Below are positions 1-8,376 of a stretch of DNA of 36,052 nt, piece by piece. This DNA comes from a virus. Location: IMG/VR virus record IMGVR_UViG_3300014808_000002; one strand, 5' to 3'. The notes under the pieces are model-generated. The model saw nothing but the letters and a program-made list of their open reading frames with translations, did not search any database and was not told the origin of the DNA. The translations under genes were made by a program, and so were the position numbers. The first letter of the stretch is position 1; every line of letters starts with the position of its first letter.

Positions 1-118
1 CCATAATTACCAGCCGTGGCAGCACCACTATCACCAGCCGTGGCAGCACCACTATTACCAGCCGTGGCAGCACCACTATCACCAGCCGTGGCAGCACCTC
101 TATCACCAGCCGTGGCAG
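1..118. repeat. 24-bp tandem repeat, left part of the array (unit ccagccgtggcagcaccacNatNa)
   Basis: About 4.5 head-to-tail units are visible directly. They have no spacers and lie in frame inside the CDS, encoding AATAG(D/N)xG. Confidence 0.9.
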
Positions 119-467
119 GTTTTCCCGGTTCCGCATTACACTCGTTAGTACACCGTTCCTTGACATAAGATACAGCTGCTTTCACAAGCCCCCTTATATC
201 AAGCTCAGCACCTATTCTAATTTTTGAAGAGCAAACCTTGTCACTTTCTGAATCGTCTATTTTACCGCTCTGTTCAACCTCACAAAACCTTGACCCGGCT
301 GGCGTATAGTAACCAAAAACATCCAGAGGGTAAGGACATGCATGAAAACCTTTTTCACATGCCTTTATGTCGCCTGTTTCTTCATACTCCTTACCTACTT
401 CATACTTAAACCCTCTACAAGATAAATCCTTATCAAATGCTTTATAAGCCTTTATTTTCTGTTCCAT
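1..467 (-). CDS. Repeat-containing phage protein, 5' part (N-terminal domain plus first repeat units); continues across the window junction into 35690..36052
   Basis: Minus-strand ATG at 467..465. My translation MEQKIKAYKAFDKDLSCRGFKYEVGKEYEETGDIKACEKGFHACPYPLDVFGYYTPAGSRFCEVEQ... is stop-free to position 1 and runs into ATAG(D/N)xGA repeats. Codon phase matches 35690..36052 through the 38-nt end overlap. The N-terminal motif resembles the DUF7666 family (from memory). Confidence 0.75.
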   Translation of the reverse strand, partial: MEQKIKAYKAFDKDLSCRGFKYEVGKEYEETGDIKACEKGFHACPYPLDVFGYYTPAGSRFCEVEQSGKIDDSESDKVCSSKIRIGAELDIRGLVKAAVSYVKERCTNECNAEPGKPATAGDRGAATAGDSGAATAGNSGAATAGDSGAATAGNY

Positions 468-485
468 GATATTGTTTATTTTTCG

Positions 486-689
486 TTATTTTGATATTTC
501 GATAATTTTTTGTTCAAAGATCGGGCATTCCCTTTTGCCCAACAGATGTATTCCATGAAGCCTGTAGCATGGCTTTTCGGGAATCGAATCGTATTTACGG
601 TATATGGCACAACGGCGGCAGATGCGATGTATACCGTATTTCCCTTTTGCGCCGTAACATACCACAGGATAACCGTCAGCAGTTCTCAT
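486..689 (-). CDS. Small Cys-rich hypothetical protein
   Basis: 67-aa ORF from the track with several Cys/His (VVCYG...CRRC...C...H). It sits between neighbours on the same strand and overlaps the upstream gene by 14 nt. Confidence 0.5.
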   Translation of the reverse strand: MRTADGYPVVCYGAKGKYGIHRICRRCAIYRKYDSIPEKPCYRLHGIHLLGKRECPIFEQKIIEISK

Positions 690-1248
690 ATTCCGCCTTT
701 TTCTTCCGTTTCAGCCTTCTGATGAAAGACTTGACCTTGTTCCTCACCATCTCTGTTATTTTGTCCGCATCCTCGGCAAAGGCACACTGGTAAATCATAT
801 CCGTGCTTTTTGACATGAAGTCCACCTGAGCTTTGGCGGCTTTCCCGCATTCGGAAACCTTGTCAAACATCTCTATACGGTAATCAGGATGATATTTTTT
901 TAAAATCTCGTTACAGTCCATCGTAAAGGTCTCAACCATATCGCACAGCATGATGATACTGTTGGTAAGGACGTTTATCTCTTCCCTGTCCTCTTCCGAC
1001 ATTTCACGCATGAAATTATCCATGGATTCCGACATCCCCTCATATTCGGAAAGGTATTGGTTTATGACACGTGTTTCTATACCGTCCATAATCTGTTTGA
1101 GTTTCATTGCCTCCATATAGCGGTGTGACCTGAGAAAGGAAGCGTGCCTTTCCCTCAGCTTCAGCATCTGCCTGTCCTCATTGATCATCTTTTTCATCCG
1201 TTCCACCACATCCGCGGGGAGGTCGTTTACGGTTAGCTTATTTCTCAT
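676..1248 (-). CDS. Hypothetical phage protein
   Basis: 190-aa ORF with a charged, helical-looking composition. Its start shares an ATGA overlap with the upstream small ORF. Confidence 0.7.
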   Translation of the reverse strand: MRNKLTVNDLPADVVERMKKMINEDRQMLKLRERHASFLRSHRYMEAMKLKQIMDGIETRVINQYLSEYEGMSESMDNFMREMSEEDREEINVLTNSIIMLCDMVETFTMDCNEILKKYHPDYRIEMFDKVSECGKAAKAQVDFMSKSTDMIYQCAFAEDADKITEMVRNKVKSFIRRLKRKKKAEYENC

Positions 1249-1412
1249 GGATTGCCCCCTTTCTTGTTGTTTGTATTCTTGTTTCCGTCCTCTTTTTTCG
1301 CTCTGTCAATCCATCTTTGGAATTTGGCAGCTACAAGAGGACAGTGTATGCGCAGGTTTCTGTCGCGTTCCGCTTCCCATTCACGTATCTTTGTCTGCAT
1401 CTCGATATTCAT
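1245..1412 (-). CDS. Small hypothetical protein (55 aa)
   Basis: Hand translation gives MNIEMQTKIREWEAERDRNLRIHCPLVAAKFQRWIDRAKKEDGNKNTNNKKGGNP. AGGAGAAAATT lies upstream of the ATG, and the TGA overlaps the ATG at 1248 (ATGA). It competes with track ORF 1381..1572. Confidence 0.45.
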   Translation of the reverse strand: MNIEMQTKIREWEAERDRNLRIHCPLVAAKFQRWIDRAKKEDGNKNTNNKKGGNP

Positions 1413-1429
1413 AATTTTCTCCTATTTCG

Positions 1430-1597
1430 TTATAATTCTTTTTTTTGAAAACTATTGCATATTTGCCCATATCTGTCACAGGCACACACTCTATGTCCTT
1501 TAGCCTTACAATACGCAGAATTGTCCCCGAAGTTCGAAGCATTCTTGCAGTTCCGGCATTTGACATATACAATTTCCGATTTGACTTTTTTTGCCAT
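1430..1597 (-). CDS. Small Cys-rich (zinc-ribbon-like) protein (55 aa)
   Basis: Hand translation gives MAKKVKSEIVYVKCRNCKNASNFGDNSAYCKAKGHRVCACDRYGQICNSFQKKEL. The ATG lies 3 nt after the stop of 1600.. and it tiles with its neighbours better than track ORF 1381..1572. Confidence 0.45.
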   Translation of the reverse strand: MAKKVKSEIVYVKCRNCKNASNFGDNSAYCKAKGHRVCACDRYGQICNSFQKKEL

Positions 1598-1599
1598 AC

Positions 1600-2136
1600 T
1601 TATGGTGACATCAGCATTTTTCTGGCTTCCTCATCTCCGGATTCAGCCCGGCGTTTCAACTCTTGATATTCAGCATAAGAGATTCTGTTATTTCCACGCT
1701 CTTCTATTTCTTTTTCACGTTGGATTCTGTATTGTTCACGCTCATGCCGATCAATGTCAATCCTACGTTCCTTAACATACTCCAGAAGAGAGCATGAAAT
1801 CTTCATCGGACCAATAGCTCCATAAAATTGCCCATATTTCCCTAATTTGAATCTGGATATAAAGTTGCATATTTCAGCCAAATTCATCCAATAGTATTCA
1901 CCTAGGACAAGAATACAAAGTTCATCCAGTTGTGTGTCGGTTATACCCTTTCCCTGCTCGGCGTAATCGTTAAGGCTGTCAAACTGTACTTTCAGCCACC
2001 TAAGTGCGTTGTCTTCACCGTATACAGAACGGATGTTTGCAAGCGAAGGTATATTATCATTCAAAGCAATATCCGCAAGTGTAAGATTTGATTTTGCCAG
2101 CTTGCCTTGCAAATCAGGATTGTAATCAACCGCCAT
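1600..2136 (-). CDS. Hypothetical protein, possibly replication-associated; start uncertain
   Basis: The track ORF extends to 2307, but 2126..2307 overlaps the 3' end of 2126..2926, whose frame has the stronger coding look (GCN/GAN-rich codons). The internal Met (MAVDYNP) at 2136 leaves an 11-nt overlap. Confidence 0.55.
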   Translation of the reverse strand: MAVDYNPDLQGKLAKSNLTLADIALNDNIPSLANIRSVYGEDNALRWLKVQFDSLNDYAEQGKGITDTQLDELCILVLGEYYWMNLAEICNFISRFKLGKYGQFYGAIGPMKISCSLLEYVKERRIDIDRHEREQYRIQREKEIEERGNNRISYAEYQELKRRAESGDEEARKMLMSP

Positions 2137-2926
2137 CCGGGATGGTGTTGGGTATTTCTCCAGTAGAGCCAACTGCTTTTCGTTTAGCTTCTTGTTCTGC
2201 AAGGAATTTTGCATCCGCTTCTGCAAACTCAGCCATGAGTCTAGATTTTCTCCGCTCAGAATCAATTCGCTTCTGCTCGTAGATGTCTGTATTTTGTCTT
2301 GCTCCATAATTTTTTAATTCAAATAATCCCGCATAATTACTTGCAATCGACTGCTCAACCACAAGCCTTGCTTTATTGCAATCATTTCCACTCAATGTTA
2401 GCAATCGGTTGTAGCACATTTTTAGGGATTTTTCCGATTTATAGTTTTCTTTTCTTTCTCTCTTGTATTCAAGCCATTCCTTGAATATGCCCTTAAAATC
2501 TTCCGAAACAAAAGACAAATCAACCTCCTTGTTTTTGGGAATTGTTTTCTTATCTCCGTCAGGAGATTCTTTATCTATATCATTTTCATTATCATTTTCA
2601 TTAAGCTTGTTTTGGGTTGTTTGGGTTGAGTTTAACCCACTGGGTTGTTTGGGTTGTTTTGATTTGGCATTGCAATTCCCTATAGGAGCACCACCTTTAC
2701 GCCCGTTGTTTCGGTTTCTCTCGACAATGCCATGATATTTAGTTTCGTCTATCTCAAATTGATTGATGAAAAAACCCAATGCCATATCAATGTCCTCCTC
2801 TACCGTAACCTCCTCGCCAAGTTGATACTTGAAAATTGCACGAAATAATCGCCCAAGTTGTTTGTCTGATAATCTTGATATAGGTTTGTAGAAAGATTTA
2901 TATATGATAAAACTATCCTTTGTCAT
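2126..2926 (-). CDS. DUF6291-like replisome-organiser N-terminal domain protein
   Basis: The N-terminus KDSFIIYKSFYKPISRLSDKQLGRLFRAIFKYQLGEE matches the pattern I recall for DUF6291 phage replication proteins. A low-complexity linker and a coiled C-terminus follow. Confidence 0.6.
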   Translation of the reverse strand: MTKDSFIIYKSFYKPISRLSDKQLGRLFRAIFKYQLGEEVTVEEDIDMALGFFINQFEIDETKYHGIVERNRNNGRKGGAPIGNCNAKSKQPKQPSGLNSTQTTQNKLNENDNENDIDKESPDGDKKTIPKNKEVDLSFVSEDFKGIFKEWLEYKRERKENYKSEKSLKMCYNRLLTLSGNDCNKARLVVEQSIASNYAGLFELKNYGARQNTDIYEQKRIDSERRKSRLMAEFAEADAKFLAEQEAKRKAVGSTGEIPNTIPDGG

Positions 2927-2929
2927 TGC

Positions 2930-3064
2930 TTAATCTTTTAGGTGTTCTGTTAAGGTTTCCAATTGCCCAATGATATATGGTTTGACATCATCGCTGCAAT
3001 TGACAACGAAGTCAATAATCTGTTCTGACAACTTATGCCATTCGTTTAATTCGTTTTCTTCCAT
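2930..3064 (-). CDS. Small acidic hypothetical protein (44 aa)
   Basis: Hand translation gives MEENELNEWHKLSEQIIDFVVNCSDDVKPYIIGQLETLTEHLKD. It fills the gap between 2926 and 3077 exactly. Confidence 0.4.
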   Translation of the reverse strand: MEENELNEWHKLSEQIIDFVVNCSDDVKPYIIGQLETLTEHLKD

Positions 3065-3076
3065 AAGAGTTTAGTA

Positions 3077-3442
3077 TTATAATTCAACTTCCTCAATTAT
3101 AAATTCTATCCTTGGATTAAGCTTATCAATCAGCTTTCGTGCATGTATTTCTACGCACTGGCGGTCATTAATTATCGCCTTGCATGATTGAAGGCAGTCA
3201 AGCAATATTTTGAAGCTGCCATCCAAGTCCTTTCTGTTGTTGGCAAAATACACATCAACATCAATCTTGAAAAAGCCGCTTATCTGTTTGTCTCTCAGCG
3301 AACATTGCTTGTAGAAGTCTTTCTCATAGTCTTTCAGCACCTTTTGCTTTGCAAGCGAGCCGTGTCCGCATAGGGTAACAATCTTATATGAGTTTGATTT
3401 GCTCGGTATAGATCCGTAAATAATCTGTTTTTGATATAACAT
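3077..3442 (-). CDS. rusA: RusA-like Holliday junction resolvase
   Basis: GSIPSKSNSY near the N-terminus, then RKDLDGSFKILLDCL and INDRQCVE. These match the RusA PPSxN / DxDNxxKxxxDxL / DD motifs. Confidence 0.7.
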   Translation of the reverse strand: MLYQKQIIYGSIPSKSNSYKIVTLCGHGSLAKQKVLKDYEKDFYKQCSLRDKQISGFFKIDVDVYFANNRKDLDGSFKILLDCLQSCKAIINDRQCVEIHARKLIDKLNPRIEFIIEEVEL

Positions 3443-4334
3443 TTTTATATTCAGTTTCGTCTATTAGATATAATTTTATATTTGGATAGCGTTCTTTAAA
3501 CATAGATAACCTCTTCATACCTACTTCTGATTTCCATCCTTTTACTTCAATATAAAACACGCAATTAGGTGTTGTAACTTTGAAATCCGGGCAATAACTC
3601 CTAATTCCTTTCTTTATATCATTGAAAATAAATCTATCAGATTCATATTCCCACGATATAATATCCCCATTTGCTTTCAATTTTTGAAGTCTAATAGCAA
3701 CTTCATATTCCCAACTTGACTTAAAAACATATTTAGTCCCATCAATAACCGTAGAAACCTCTTTGCGATTAGACTTGCTCTTAATCACTCCATTTGTTCT
3801 ATACTTAAACATCCTGTCAGAAACATTTTGTCTGAATGATTCAGAATTAAACTTGCTATTAGGGTCGAGCCATGTTCTTTTAGATGATTCTGATATTTTA
3901 TTTCTTGCATTCTTGTCGTGTTTATGACCCAAATAACCTCTCGGATGTTCATGTGATAAATAATAAGTTTTGCGTATTTCAGATATTCTTGCCCTTTCTT
4001 CTTCACTCAACTTCGGAATATTTGCTCTGTCTGTTAAACCCAGATATTTTGCTTGCCTACAAATAAACTGTTTTGTTCTACCCATAATTGAGGCTAATTT
4101 ATCAAGTTTTCTTTCTTGACGATATTTCGGGTATAATTCACAAAGAATTTGTTTATCATTGTCAGTAAAATAGTTCATTTTATGTACTACTCCCAACTTC
4201 GTTAAGAGTTTATGAACATATTGTCCTTTAATGCCAAGCTCATCTCCAACTTTCCAAACATTTGATAGTCGTTTATAAGATTCGACTATTTTCATCTGTA
4301 GTTCAGAACTTATTTCTTGTTTATCGTATATCAT
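3384..4334 (-). CDS. HTH/NUMOD-like DNA-binding protein fused to a PD-(D/E)XK nuclease domain
   Basis: GHKHDKNARNKISES is a NUMOD3-like motif. The C-terminal SYCPDF...FYIEVKG is a restriction-endonuclease-like D...ExK core of DUF1064/TnsA-N type. It overlaps rusA by 59 nt. Confidence 0.6.
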   Translation of the reverse strand: MIYDKQEISSELQMKIVESYKRLSNVWKVGDELGIKGQYVHKLLTKLGVVHKMNYFTDNDKQILCELYPKYRQERKLDKLASIMGRTKQFICRQAKYLGLTDRANIPKLSEEERARISEIRKTYYLSHEHPRGYLGHKHDKNARNKISESSKRTWLDPNSKFNSESFRQNVSDRMFKYRTNGVIKSKSNRKEVSTVIDGTKYVFKSSWEYEVAIRLQKLKANGDIISWEYESDRFIFNDIKKGIRSYCPDFKVTTPNCVFYIEVKGWKSEVGMKRLSMFKERYPNIKLYLIDETEYKNVISKTDYLRIYTEQIKLI

Positions 4335-4630
4335 AATCCAAAATATCTATTTGCCGCCAGATCATCGTGTTGACGGATTGTTTCTACTATTTCCTTTTGC
4401 TGTTTACGGAAATTACGGTCATTGTCATACCTGCTATGGCATTCAGGGCAGCCAATTCGCAAGTTCCATTCTTCCGTAATGTATTCAGGATAAAGTGATC
4501 TAGGTAACAGGTGCATCAACTGTGGTGTGGATGTATATTTGTGGCAGATACAGCAATACTGCGGTAGATCCCTTTTTATCCTTGCAAGTTCACGGTTTAT
4601 TGTACTTTGTTTTTTGCTTATTTGTTTCAT
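4331..4630 (-). CDS. HNH endonuclease-like zinc protein
   Basis: CCICHK...LMHLLPRS...WNL...CPECH follows the CxxC / HH / N / CxxCH layout of HNH nucleases. The start is set at MKQISKK (4630) because 4638..4665 is a terminator hairpin. Confidence 0.55.
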   Translation of the reverse strand: MKQISKKQSTINRELARIKRDLPQYCCICHKYTSTPQLMHLLPRSLYPEYITEEWNLRIGCPECHSRYDNDRNFRKQQKEIVETIRQHDDLAANRYFGL

Positions 4631-4637
4631 TCCAATT

Positions 4638-4665
4638 AAAAGCCCCGAAGCGCATTCTCCGGGGC
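4638..4665 (-). terminator. Intrinsic terminator-like hairpin 8 nt upstream of the HNH gene start
   Basis: Minus strand reads GCCCCGGAGAAUGCGCUUCGGGGC followed by UUUUAAUUGGA and then AUG. Confidence 0.6.
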
Positions 4666-4937
4666 ACAACCATTATTTATTAACCCATGCCATTGATGTG
4701 TGGCTCACATTTATGTGTCAGCAGCAGGACTTGCACCTGCATGATAGGAGTTTTTCTTGGACTTTCACCAAGTAGTTTTGCTTTTTCACGTTGCGGTGAC
4801 ATTCAGCATTATCTGTTATTAGCTCAGTGGTTTGAATTTCTTTTTACAGCTAACCGTAACATATTGACTTGCCAACCTATCTATAAGAGCTTCACTTTAG
4901 TGTATCTCATTGTTCCACCATACTGACTGACCATTAC

Positions 4938-5036
4938 TTAATCAAAATTAAAATTATCCTCACCGTTAGGTTCTTCGTCCGGAAGGTCATTACCGAAATC
5001 CATCGGAATGAACCAGTCTGAAATATAGTCTTCCAT
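4938..5036 (-). CDS. Small acidic peptide (32 aa), tentative
   Basis: Hand translation gives MEDYISDWFIPMDFGNDLPDEEPNGEDNFNFD. The ATG lies 12 nt after the stop of 5049..5525. Confidence 0.3.
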   Translation of the reverse strand: MEDYISDWFIPMDFGNDLPDEEPNGEDNFNFD

Positions 5037-5048
5037 ATCAGTCAATTT

Positions 5049-5525
5049 TTAAGCATTAGGAAATTCTGGTTTAACATCTGAATTTGCTTCATAAGGATAA
5101 ACATCCATAATAGCAGTTTCCGCTACCGAAGCAATCACGTAGTCTGCCATTGTGCCTTTCATTCCTTCATCCAGTTTATTGACTGCATCTCTCAAGTCGG
5201 ATGCTTGAACAAGAATGTTTGTGGATGTTTTCTTTTCCGCACCAGTCTTTTCATCCAATGTGATAAAGTATAACTTGCATTTAAAATACCTGTCAGCAGA
5301 TTCTTCATCTGAGAAAAATATCTCAGAATAGTTGGCACGTTTTATGTCAGAAACAGTAAATTCACCGCTGATAAACGGTGTCATTTCCTCAATACATCTT
5401 CCTTCGCTTTCTGTAAAAGATAAAGAATCAAATAAATAAGATTCTGTGACTTTTTTATTCATCCCGTTTTCCATTACTTTCTCATAACGAATTTTACACT
5501 CAAACCATGTGTGCATCATAATCAT
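5049..5525 (-). CDS. DUF4494-like protein
   Basis: WFECKIRYEKVMENGMNKKVTESYLFDSLSFTESE resembles the Bacteroidota DUF4494 N-terminus (from memory). It shares an ATGA overlap with the upstream gene. Confidence 0.55.
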   Translation of the reverse strand: MIMMHTWFECKIRYEKVMENGMNKKVTESYLFDSLSFTESEGRCIEEMTPFISGEFTVSDIKRANYSEIFFSDEESADRYFKCKLYFITLDEKTGAEKKTSTNILVQASDLRDAVNKLDEGMKGTMADYVIASVAETAIMDVYPYEANSDVKPEFPNA

Positions 5526-5743
5526 TCCTCCTTTGTCTTGTTACGTTCCTTAATCATTGCATCAGCTATCTGATAAGCTGATTTAGCCTGTCCTTCATAG
5601 TAGTAGTTTGTAACACTAGCTTCTTTGGACGGAAAAAACAATGTTACAACTCTATTCCATAAAGTTCTTCTGCGTTTTGCTGTCATCATTATGCACTTCA
5701 TCGCTTCAAGCGCAATATGATCTCGTGATATGTTGCTTTCCAT
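5522..5743 (-). CDS. Hypothetical protein
   Basis: 73-aa track ORF, tightly tiled on the same strand. Confidence 0.55.
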   Translation of the reverse strand: MESNISRDHIALEAMKCIMMTAKRRRTLWNRVVTLFFPSKEASVTNYYYEGQAKSAYQIADAMIKERNKTKEE

Positions 5744-5747
5744 AATT

Positions 5748-5909
5748 TTATTGCTTTAATTGATTAATAACTTGTCTTTTGATTTTCTTGTACAGCTTCC
5801 CGACAAAACGTCCATGCTTCTCTGTTACGTCATCGGGCAAGTCGTTTTTATAAATATGAAGAAGTAACTGAATGAGAAGCACTTCTTGTTTTGTCAAAGT
5901 AAGTTTCAT
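5748..5909 (-). CDS. Small hypothetical protein (53 aa)
   Basis: Hand translation gives MKLTLTKQEVLLIQLLLHIYKNDLPDDVTEKHGRFVGKLYKKIKRQVINQLKQ. The ATG directly abuts the stop at 5910. Confidence 0.4.
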   Translation of the reverse strand: MKLTLTKQEVLLIQLLLHIYKNDLPDDVTEKHGRFVGKLYKKIKRQVINQLKQ

Positions 5910-6347
5910 TTAAATATGAAATTTATTTTGTTCAACCTCTATCTCCATCAACTGAATCAAACGTTCTTCGTCTGGAGATGGGATATATATACCACATTGG
6001 GCACTCGAAAAATTCCGAAACCGTTCAATAGTTAGGCTAAACTCTGTACTATCAAGGTCAGACGAACTTCTTAAGTATTTTATTCTCCCAAGAAACTTGT
6101 CTTCTCTCTCACGAACGAAAGTGTCTTTGTTGCACAGAATCTTGTAGTAGTTCCGCTTTACATATTCCATAGTTTCACCGATTTGGCAACCGAAATAAGC
6201 AAGGCAGACATGAAGGTATTTGTTGGCTTGAATACCCCTTTGGGGTTTCTTCTCAGTCAGTTCAAATACCTTCTGTTCCTTTATCAACTTCTCCAGCTTC
6301 GCTCTTGCCTGCTGGACGTGGAGAGGATTGGAACCATCGTATTTCAT
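5910..6347 (-). CDS. Hypothetical recombination-module protein
   Basis: 145-aa ORF sitting between the SSB-like gene and the small ORFs. It shows only weak resemblance to NinB-type proteins (QANKYLHVCLAYFG), which is not enough to name it. Confidence 0.6.
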   Translation of the reverse strand: MKYDGSNPLHVQQARAKLEKLIKEQKVFELTEKKPQRGIQANKYLHVCLAYFGCQIGETMEYVKRNYYKILCNKDTFVREREDKFLGRIKYLRSSSDLDSTEFSLTIERFRNFSSAQCGIYIPSPDEERLIQLMEIEVEQNKFHI

Positions 6348-6350
6348 AGG

Positions 6351-6650
6351 CTAAAATGGCAGATCATCATCCGACACGCTTGGCGCATTATTTATATCCT
6401 CTGGGCTAGGTGATGTATTCTGAGGTACAAACTCTTTGAGGTCCCCAAAAATATATCGTGTACCTTCTACCCGTTCTTCCTTTTTAGGAGAACAAGTGAT
6501 GAAATGCGTATGCCCGAACTGGGATTTCTCTTTGCGCTCGATAACAGCCACATTCACATAGATTCTTTCAACTCCGTCTTTACACTTAATTTTCTTCATC
6601 TGCTCACGAGGTATATCAGAGAGACAGATAGAACCACTTAAAATTGCCAT
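6351..6650 (-). CDS. Short SSB-like protein with a canonical acidic C-terminal tip
   Basis: It ends in SVSDDDLPF, matching the SSB interaction tip D-D-D-I/L-P-F. It lies directly downstream of the ERF and exonuclease genes. Confidence 0.55.
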   Translation of the reverse strand: MAILSGSICLSDIPREQMKKIKCKDGVERIYVNVAVIERKEKSQFGHTHFITCSPKKEERVEGTRYIFGDLKEFVPQNTSPSPEDINNAPSVSDDDLPF

Positions 6651-6652
6651 AA

Positions 6653-7549
6653 TTATATTGTTTTTAATGTTACACTTCCAACTACTGGAATCTCTTTTAA
6701 ATATTTCTTATACAAATCAGGATAATCTTTCTCAAACGCCTTTTTGTCGAAATCCTTTCTGATAGTGTCCTTTTTGCGAGTAAATGATATGATATCACCT
6801 TTCCAACTATATTCACCGGCTTCTACCATAGCCATCATAACGCCATCAGTTATTTCTTTCTTTTTATCAGACCAATATTTTGCCTGTGACACAATTTCCT
6901 GTATTGTCCTCTCCATCTTTCGGTACTCGTCAGGAAGAGTAACAGGGGATATGGAATAGGGATTCACAAACTGTCTGCCTTCCGAATCACATTTCAACAG
7001 ATTCATTACAACTTCTGATGGTATTCTCTCGACTTCTACTATCTCATGGTTTTTGCCTCTCAACCATATACCTATAAGCCTTACCGCATTGCATCCCGGA
7101 TTCTGCAACTCAAAAAGGTATGCATATATACTCAACTGCCATCTTACAGATTCCTTGTCAAGTACGTAGGTGGTCTTTATATCTCCCAAAGTAAAATCAG
7201 TTTCATTTTCGCGATAAACCTTGTCGATACAGCTTGCATAGTGCTCATTGTCAGATACAAGATATTCGGAACATTCGTACCTCAATCCCCAATCGTCTTT
7301 CAGTTCCTTGTATCCTTGTGCTTCATCGCTGTCATGAGTTATCCCCATATCATCGACAAGTTCGCAGATACTATGGATCATAGTACCTCTTTCAGCCGCT
7401 TTCCTTAACACGTCTTCGGGAACATCACGGTATTTATCGGGGAAAAGCTGTCTGCCTATCACGGAAGTAATACCACTTAGTTCCTTATCCCCTAGCATAT
7501 AAGTATGTTCATCGGGATTGAAAACGACTTGTGATTTGATTAGTTTCAT
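6653..7549 (-). CDS. PD-(D/E)XK (Cas4/RecB-like) exonuclease
   Basis: HTY...GITSV...GTMIH...D...LGDIKTT matches the phage PDDEXK exonuclease layout. It overlaps the ERF gene by 4 nt. Confidence 0.65.
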   Translation of the reverse strand: MKLIKSQVVFNPDEHTYMLGDKELSGITSVIGRQLFPDKYRDVPEDVLRKAAERGTMIHSICELVDDMGITHDSDEAQGYKELKDDWGLRYECSEYLVSDNEHYASCIDKVYRENETDFTLGDIKTTYVLDKESVRWQLSIYAYLFELQNPGCNAVRLIGIWLRGKNHEIVEVERIPSEVVMNLLKCDSEGRQFVNPYSISPVTLPDEYRKMERTIQEIVSQAKYWSDKKKEITDGVMMAMVEAGEYSWKGDIISFTRKKDTIRKDFDKKAFEKDYPDLYKKYLKEIPVVGSVTLKTI

Positions 7550-8118
7550 TTTAGTTCTCCTTTCCTTCTTGTCACCGCTTCAACAAAACGTTTGTCACTC
7601 TGTAATTCCTTATAATTTCCCCATACTACCTGTAATGTTTCGATTGACAGGCTTGACCTTACTTCCTGCAATGCCATCGCAAGGAAATCTGTTTCCTCTG
7701 GTGTCGTGCTGTCAGGGTCCTTTTGCTCTTCTGTAGGAATCAGGAACAATTGAAGCAAAGAATATTTCAACGCTATGCTCATTGCTTTATTCATTCCTTT
7801 GTCACCTGCGTCCATCGCTTCACCTACATTTACAGTCTCCACAAAGCTGCCATCAGTGGTCATATACCTAAACTTTATCGTAGCCCTTGTGAATGTGTTC
7901 GTACCGCCGGATTTCGTTATCCTATTCTCCGTTGTGAAGTTCTGCACTTCCTGTAGTATGAACACCTCATTTTTTGAGAATAATTCATGAAGTTCGTTCA
8001 TAACGTTGTCAATCCCACGGAATTTGAATCCCTGTTGCTGGTTCTTCTCCGATTTGGTGATAGCCTTTGTCTCTTTAAGGATATTGGCTATCTTACTGTA
8101 TATTAACTGTTCACTCAT
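7546..8118 (-). CDS. erf: ERF-family single-strand annealing protein
   Basis: NQQQGFKFRGIDNVMNEL...GDKGMNKAMSIALKYSLLQLF matches the ERF family core. Confidence 0.7.
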   Translation of the reverse strand: MSEQLIYSKIANILKETKAITKSEKNQQQGFKFRGIDNVMNELHELFSKNEVFILQEVQNFTTENRITKSGGTNTFTRATIKFRYMTTDGSFVETVNVGEAMDAGDKGMNKAMSIALKYSLLQLFLIPTEEQKDPDSTTPEETDFLAMALQEVRSSLSIETLQVVWGNYKELQSDKRFVEAVTRRKGELK

Positions 8119-8133
8119 TATAAAGCTATTATT

Positions 8134-8376
8134 TTACCAACACAAAAAAGGCAGGTCCGCAGTCCTTACAAAGTTCCGCTTCCTGCCATGATATCTTTCC
8201 GATTCTTCAAGCTCGTTTTCAAGAGAATCGATTTCTTCATTAAGCAAGGATATATATTTACCTTTACAGTCAGCGTTGAAGGTGAGCCTTACCGATTCCT
8301 CACTCATTGACTGGACTATATCAAGCTCTGAATATAGTTTATCCAGTTCATCGCTTATCTGTCTTACAGTTCTCAT
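8134..8376 (-). CDS. Hypothetical protein
   Basis: 80-aa track ORF with a coiled, acidic composition. Confidence 0.55.
   Translation of the reverse strand: MRTVRQISDELDKLYSELDIVQSMSEESVRLTFNADCKGKYISLLNEEIDSLENELEESERYHGRKRNFVRTADLPFLCW

Noticed and set aside
1381-1572. The 63-aa track ORF
   Set aside because: Two shorter ORFs in other frames (1430..1597 and 1245..1412) tile exactly with their neighbours, including an ATGA overlap and a start 3 nt after the preceding stop. One of them has a zinc-ribbon Cys pattern. Confidence in the replacement is only moderate.
4805-4890. A plus-strand tRNA suggested by the D-loop-like tagctcagtgg
   Set aside because: The flanking bases cannot form a D stem (gctc ... 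gaat). No T arm or acceptor pairing is present.
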